The position numbers and the translations under genes are program-made. Under the pieces are notes generated by a model, which had not been told where the DNA came from, searched no databases, and was given only the letters and a program-made list of their open reading frames with translations. Source: Macrostomum lignano (taxonomy: Eukaryota). From it: a stretch of DNA of 23,799 bases. The stretch lies in the NCBI GenBank assembly GCA_002269645.1, contig NIVC01003484.1:1-23799 (forward strand), in the 5' to 3' direction. Within the stretch, counting starts at the first letter, position 1, and every line of letters starts with the position of its first letter. This document shows, piece after piece, positions 21,546 to 23,799 of this stretch.

Positions 21546-21636
21546 TACCCTAAAACATGACCCTAAATTATGGAAAATGCCACCTGACACTACTCAAAGA
21601 TATGCCAAGCCAAGCCCATTAGGCAACCAACTGCAC

Positions 21637-21955
21637 CTGAACACTATCCAAGGGTCAATGACAATCCGAAATATCGACTGAGAGCACGCTCTGAAGTCGG
21701 CCAGAAACGCCAGTCCTCGATGAGTCCGCCGATTTGAACCGGTCTCAGTCGACATCGACGCTTCGCTAGGCGCAATGGACACCAGATATTCGACAATGCT
21801 GGCCAGTTCGGGGCTCCCAACGCTGTTCAAATGCATTCGAATAATTTGTCTCGGGGGAAGCAGACCACCGGACGCGAACCGGTGTCAATTCCGCCAGTGA
21901 AGTGAACGAATCCGAGTGATAGGAGCTTTGGCTGCTGTTGCTGCTGTTGTCTTGA
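21637..21955 (-). CDS. Host gene exon, N-terminal part of the CRAL-TRIO/Sec14 domain (PKLLSLGFVHFTGGIDTGSRPVVCFP...ELASIVEYLVSIAP...RGLAFLADFR), two 1-nt frameshifts; 5' boundary uncertain
   Basis: The frame not shown in the ORF track encodes GFVHFTGGIDTGSRPVVCFP (family motif A.LSGGRD..G.PI.TFP), then shifts into ORF 21594-21836. Restoring one T (21829-21831 run) and one C (21652-21654 run) gives ...IVIDPLDSVQ ending at donor CAG|GTGCAG, phase 0, matching the next exon. Confidence 0.8.
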
Positions 21956-22494
21956 CTGATTCGATGTTGACAGAAGAGTGCCGAACGGCTCTGTCTGGAT
22001 TTGTCCTCGGTCATTGTGACAGCACCTTCCTATTAGCTCAGCATTGTCGGATTCAATTACTAGCGCATTTCAACGCCAGTTAATTTTAATAGCCTATCAA
22101 CAGTTGCTTTGCTAGTATTGGTTCATATAGAGTTTGTAGCCATGTGTATATATGCAGTGTGAGACCACTGCTCAGCAGAATGGACGAGAATGAGGGGGTA
22201 CACAGGGTTAGAGAGAGAATAGAGATTTGTCAGGGGCTTCCGCGAGCGCTGATCGATTGGGGTTTTAACAGCTCAAATGTGCGAGCACGATATGCTGAGG
22301 TGGGTGGGCAAGGTTCACTGCAAGGCCATTACTTTCAACAATAGAGATCTGCGTCTCTTTGGCCTAATCCAGCTCAATGCAAATTGAGAAGCGTCAGCCC
22401 TAGCTAGCTCCAATGTCCAAGCTCCAGAGACTGCTTATGTACAGCGATTCTGGACTAGAGGAAAAGAACCAATAATGTCAGAACATGTATTATA

Positions 22495-23235
22495 GGTGGT
22501 TAGATTGGTAAGTAGGGTAGGTAGGTAATTAGGTAGGTTGGAAATGTGGCTGAGTAGGTAATTGGTAGGTAAGTTAGTAGGTAAGGTAGGTTATATTAGT
22601 AGGTAGGTAGGTTAGTAGGTAGTTAGATTAGTAGGTAAGGTAGGTTAATAGATAAATAGGTTCGTAGGTAGGTTGATTGCTTTGTAGGTTGGTATGTAGG
22701 TAGGGTAGGTAGGTAGGTAGGGTAGGTAGGTAGATAGGTAGGGTAGGTAGATAGGTAGGTAGGTAGTAGTAGGTAGGTAGGTAGGTAGGTAGGTAGGTAG
22801 GTAGGTAGGTAGGTAGGTAGGTAGGTAGGTAGGTAGGTAGGGTAGGTAGGTATAGGTAGGGTAGGTAGGTAGGTAGGGTAGTAGGTAGTAGGTAGGTAGT
22901 AGGTAGGTAGGTAGGTAGGTAGGTAGGTAGGTAGGTAGGGTAGGTAGGTAGGTAGGTAGGGTAGGTAGGTAGGTAGGGTAGGTAGGTAGGTAGGTAGGGT
23001 AGGTAGGTAGGTAGGGTAGGTAGGTAGGTAGGGTAGGTAGGTAGGTAGGTAGGTAGGTAGGTAGGTAGGGTAGGTAGGTAGGTAGGTGTAGGTAGGTAGG
23101 TAGGTAGGTAGGTAGGTAGGTAGGTAGGTAGGTAGGTAGGTAGGGTAGGGTAGGTAGGTAGGTAGGTAGGTAGGTAGGTAGGTAGGTAGGGTAGCTAGAT
23201 AGGTAGCGATTTTAGGTTTGTAGGTAGGTACAGTA
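22495..23235. repeat. (TAGG)n microsatellite with TAGGG variants, ~740 bp, degenerate flanks
   Basis: Direct reading; purest from ~22700 to 23190. Confidence 0.97.
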
Positions 23236-23688
23236 GATAAGTATGTTTTTTTAATTGACCAGCCTCCATTCGAAGCTTGGCCTCCAATCCATATCTTAGA
23301 AGTCTAATATGCTCAGTAGTCCTCGAACCTAAGCTATGCAAATACAGGTACAGTCACCTTGGCAGTTGGCCAATGAACTCAAAGTGGAATTATGCTAGAC
23401 AGAATTCCAGTACACTGCAAACACCAATTCCTCCTTTCTTCGCAATGACTATCATCGATTCCAGTCCCCCCACTCTCTCGAAAAAAATTAGCCATTTCAA
23501 GTGGTGCTTTGGGTGCTGCAGAAAGTATAAGGGCATTTCCACTCAACGCTACGAATTCAAGTGCAAAGACAGAGTTTCAGATGGGTGTAAATTTCTATGC
23601 TACCTGGACTCCAGGACAATTTTTTGGTATGTACTTGAGACTGTGTGCTTGCAGAACGCACACATGCTGCTGCTATTGCTAAAGTACA

Positions 23689-23799
23689 CAGTGTGATCTC
23701 TCAGTGTGATCTTCCAGTGTGATCTCCCAGTGTGACCTCTAGTGTGATCTCCGAGTGTGATCTTTCAGTGTGATATCCTAGTGTGATATCCTAGTGTGA
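23689..23799. repeat. 13-bp tandem repeat (C/T)AGTGTGAT(C/A)T(C/T)(C/T), at least 9 units, runs off the window edge
   Basis: AGTGTGA recurs every 12-13 bp to the end of the window. Confidence 0.9.

Noticed and set aside
22495-23235. Telomere or interstitial telomeric sequence
   Set aside because: The dominant unit is TAGG, not TTAGGG or TTAGG, and ordinary sequence continues on both sides.
23277-23696. 139-aa plus-strand ORF; DSSPPTLS faintly recalls LINE RT 'PPT..E'
   Set aside because: The following K..KA.G.D motif is absent and the start is a TTG; there is no support for a product.

Overview
This is eukaryotic (metazoan) genomic DNA, not prokaryotic. The GC-rich exons with poly-Ala/poly-Gln tracts set in AT-rich introns would fit a free-living flatworm such as Macrostomum, but that is a guess. 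A spliced minus-strand host gene runs across most of the window (exons recognised from ~21955 down to 3374). It encodes an N-terminal CRAL-TRIO/Sec14 domain, spectrin-like helical repeats and a long disordered tail (Trio/MCF2L/PLEKHG4/SESTD1-type), and no DH-PH RhoGEF module is visible. One ~10.5 kb intron (7510-18030) holds a nested stack of repeats. A 15-bp GGGGCTTTAGCA(C/T)CA minisatellite is split at a TA by a complete 8085-bp EnSpm/CACTA-like (CMC) DNA transposon (8801-16885; CACTG termini, TA duplication). That element carries a C2H2-zinc-finger DDE transposase and a second ORF with a CIDE-N-like N-terminus. Between the two ORFs lies a LINE 3' fragment, itself interrupted by a 1485-bp non-autonomous hAT element with an 8-bp TSD. 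The window also contains a 71-bp TTAA-flanked piggyBac-like micro-element, a candidate tRNA-derived SINE with an inverted partial copy, two related 44/45-bp tandem arrays, a ~740-bp (TAGG)n tract and a 13-bp tandem repeat. Most of the frameshifts I could locate in the ORFs are single-base changes in homopolymer runs, so the host gene and the transposon ORFs may really be intact and mis-assembled. I found no clearly new biological system. The best leads are the two-ORF CMC element (CIDE-N-like ORF2, strong base-composition contrast between its ORFs) and the satellite/transposon nesting.
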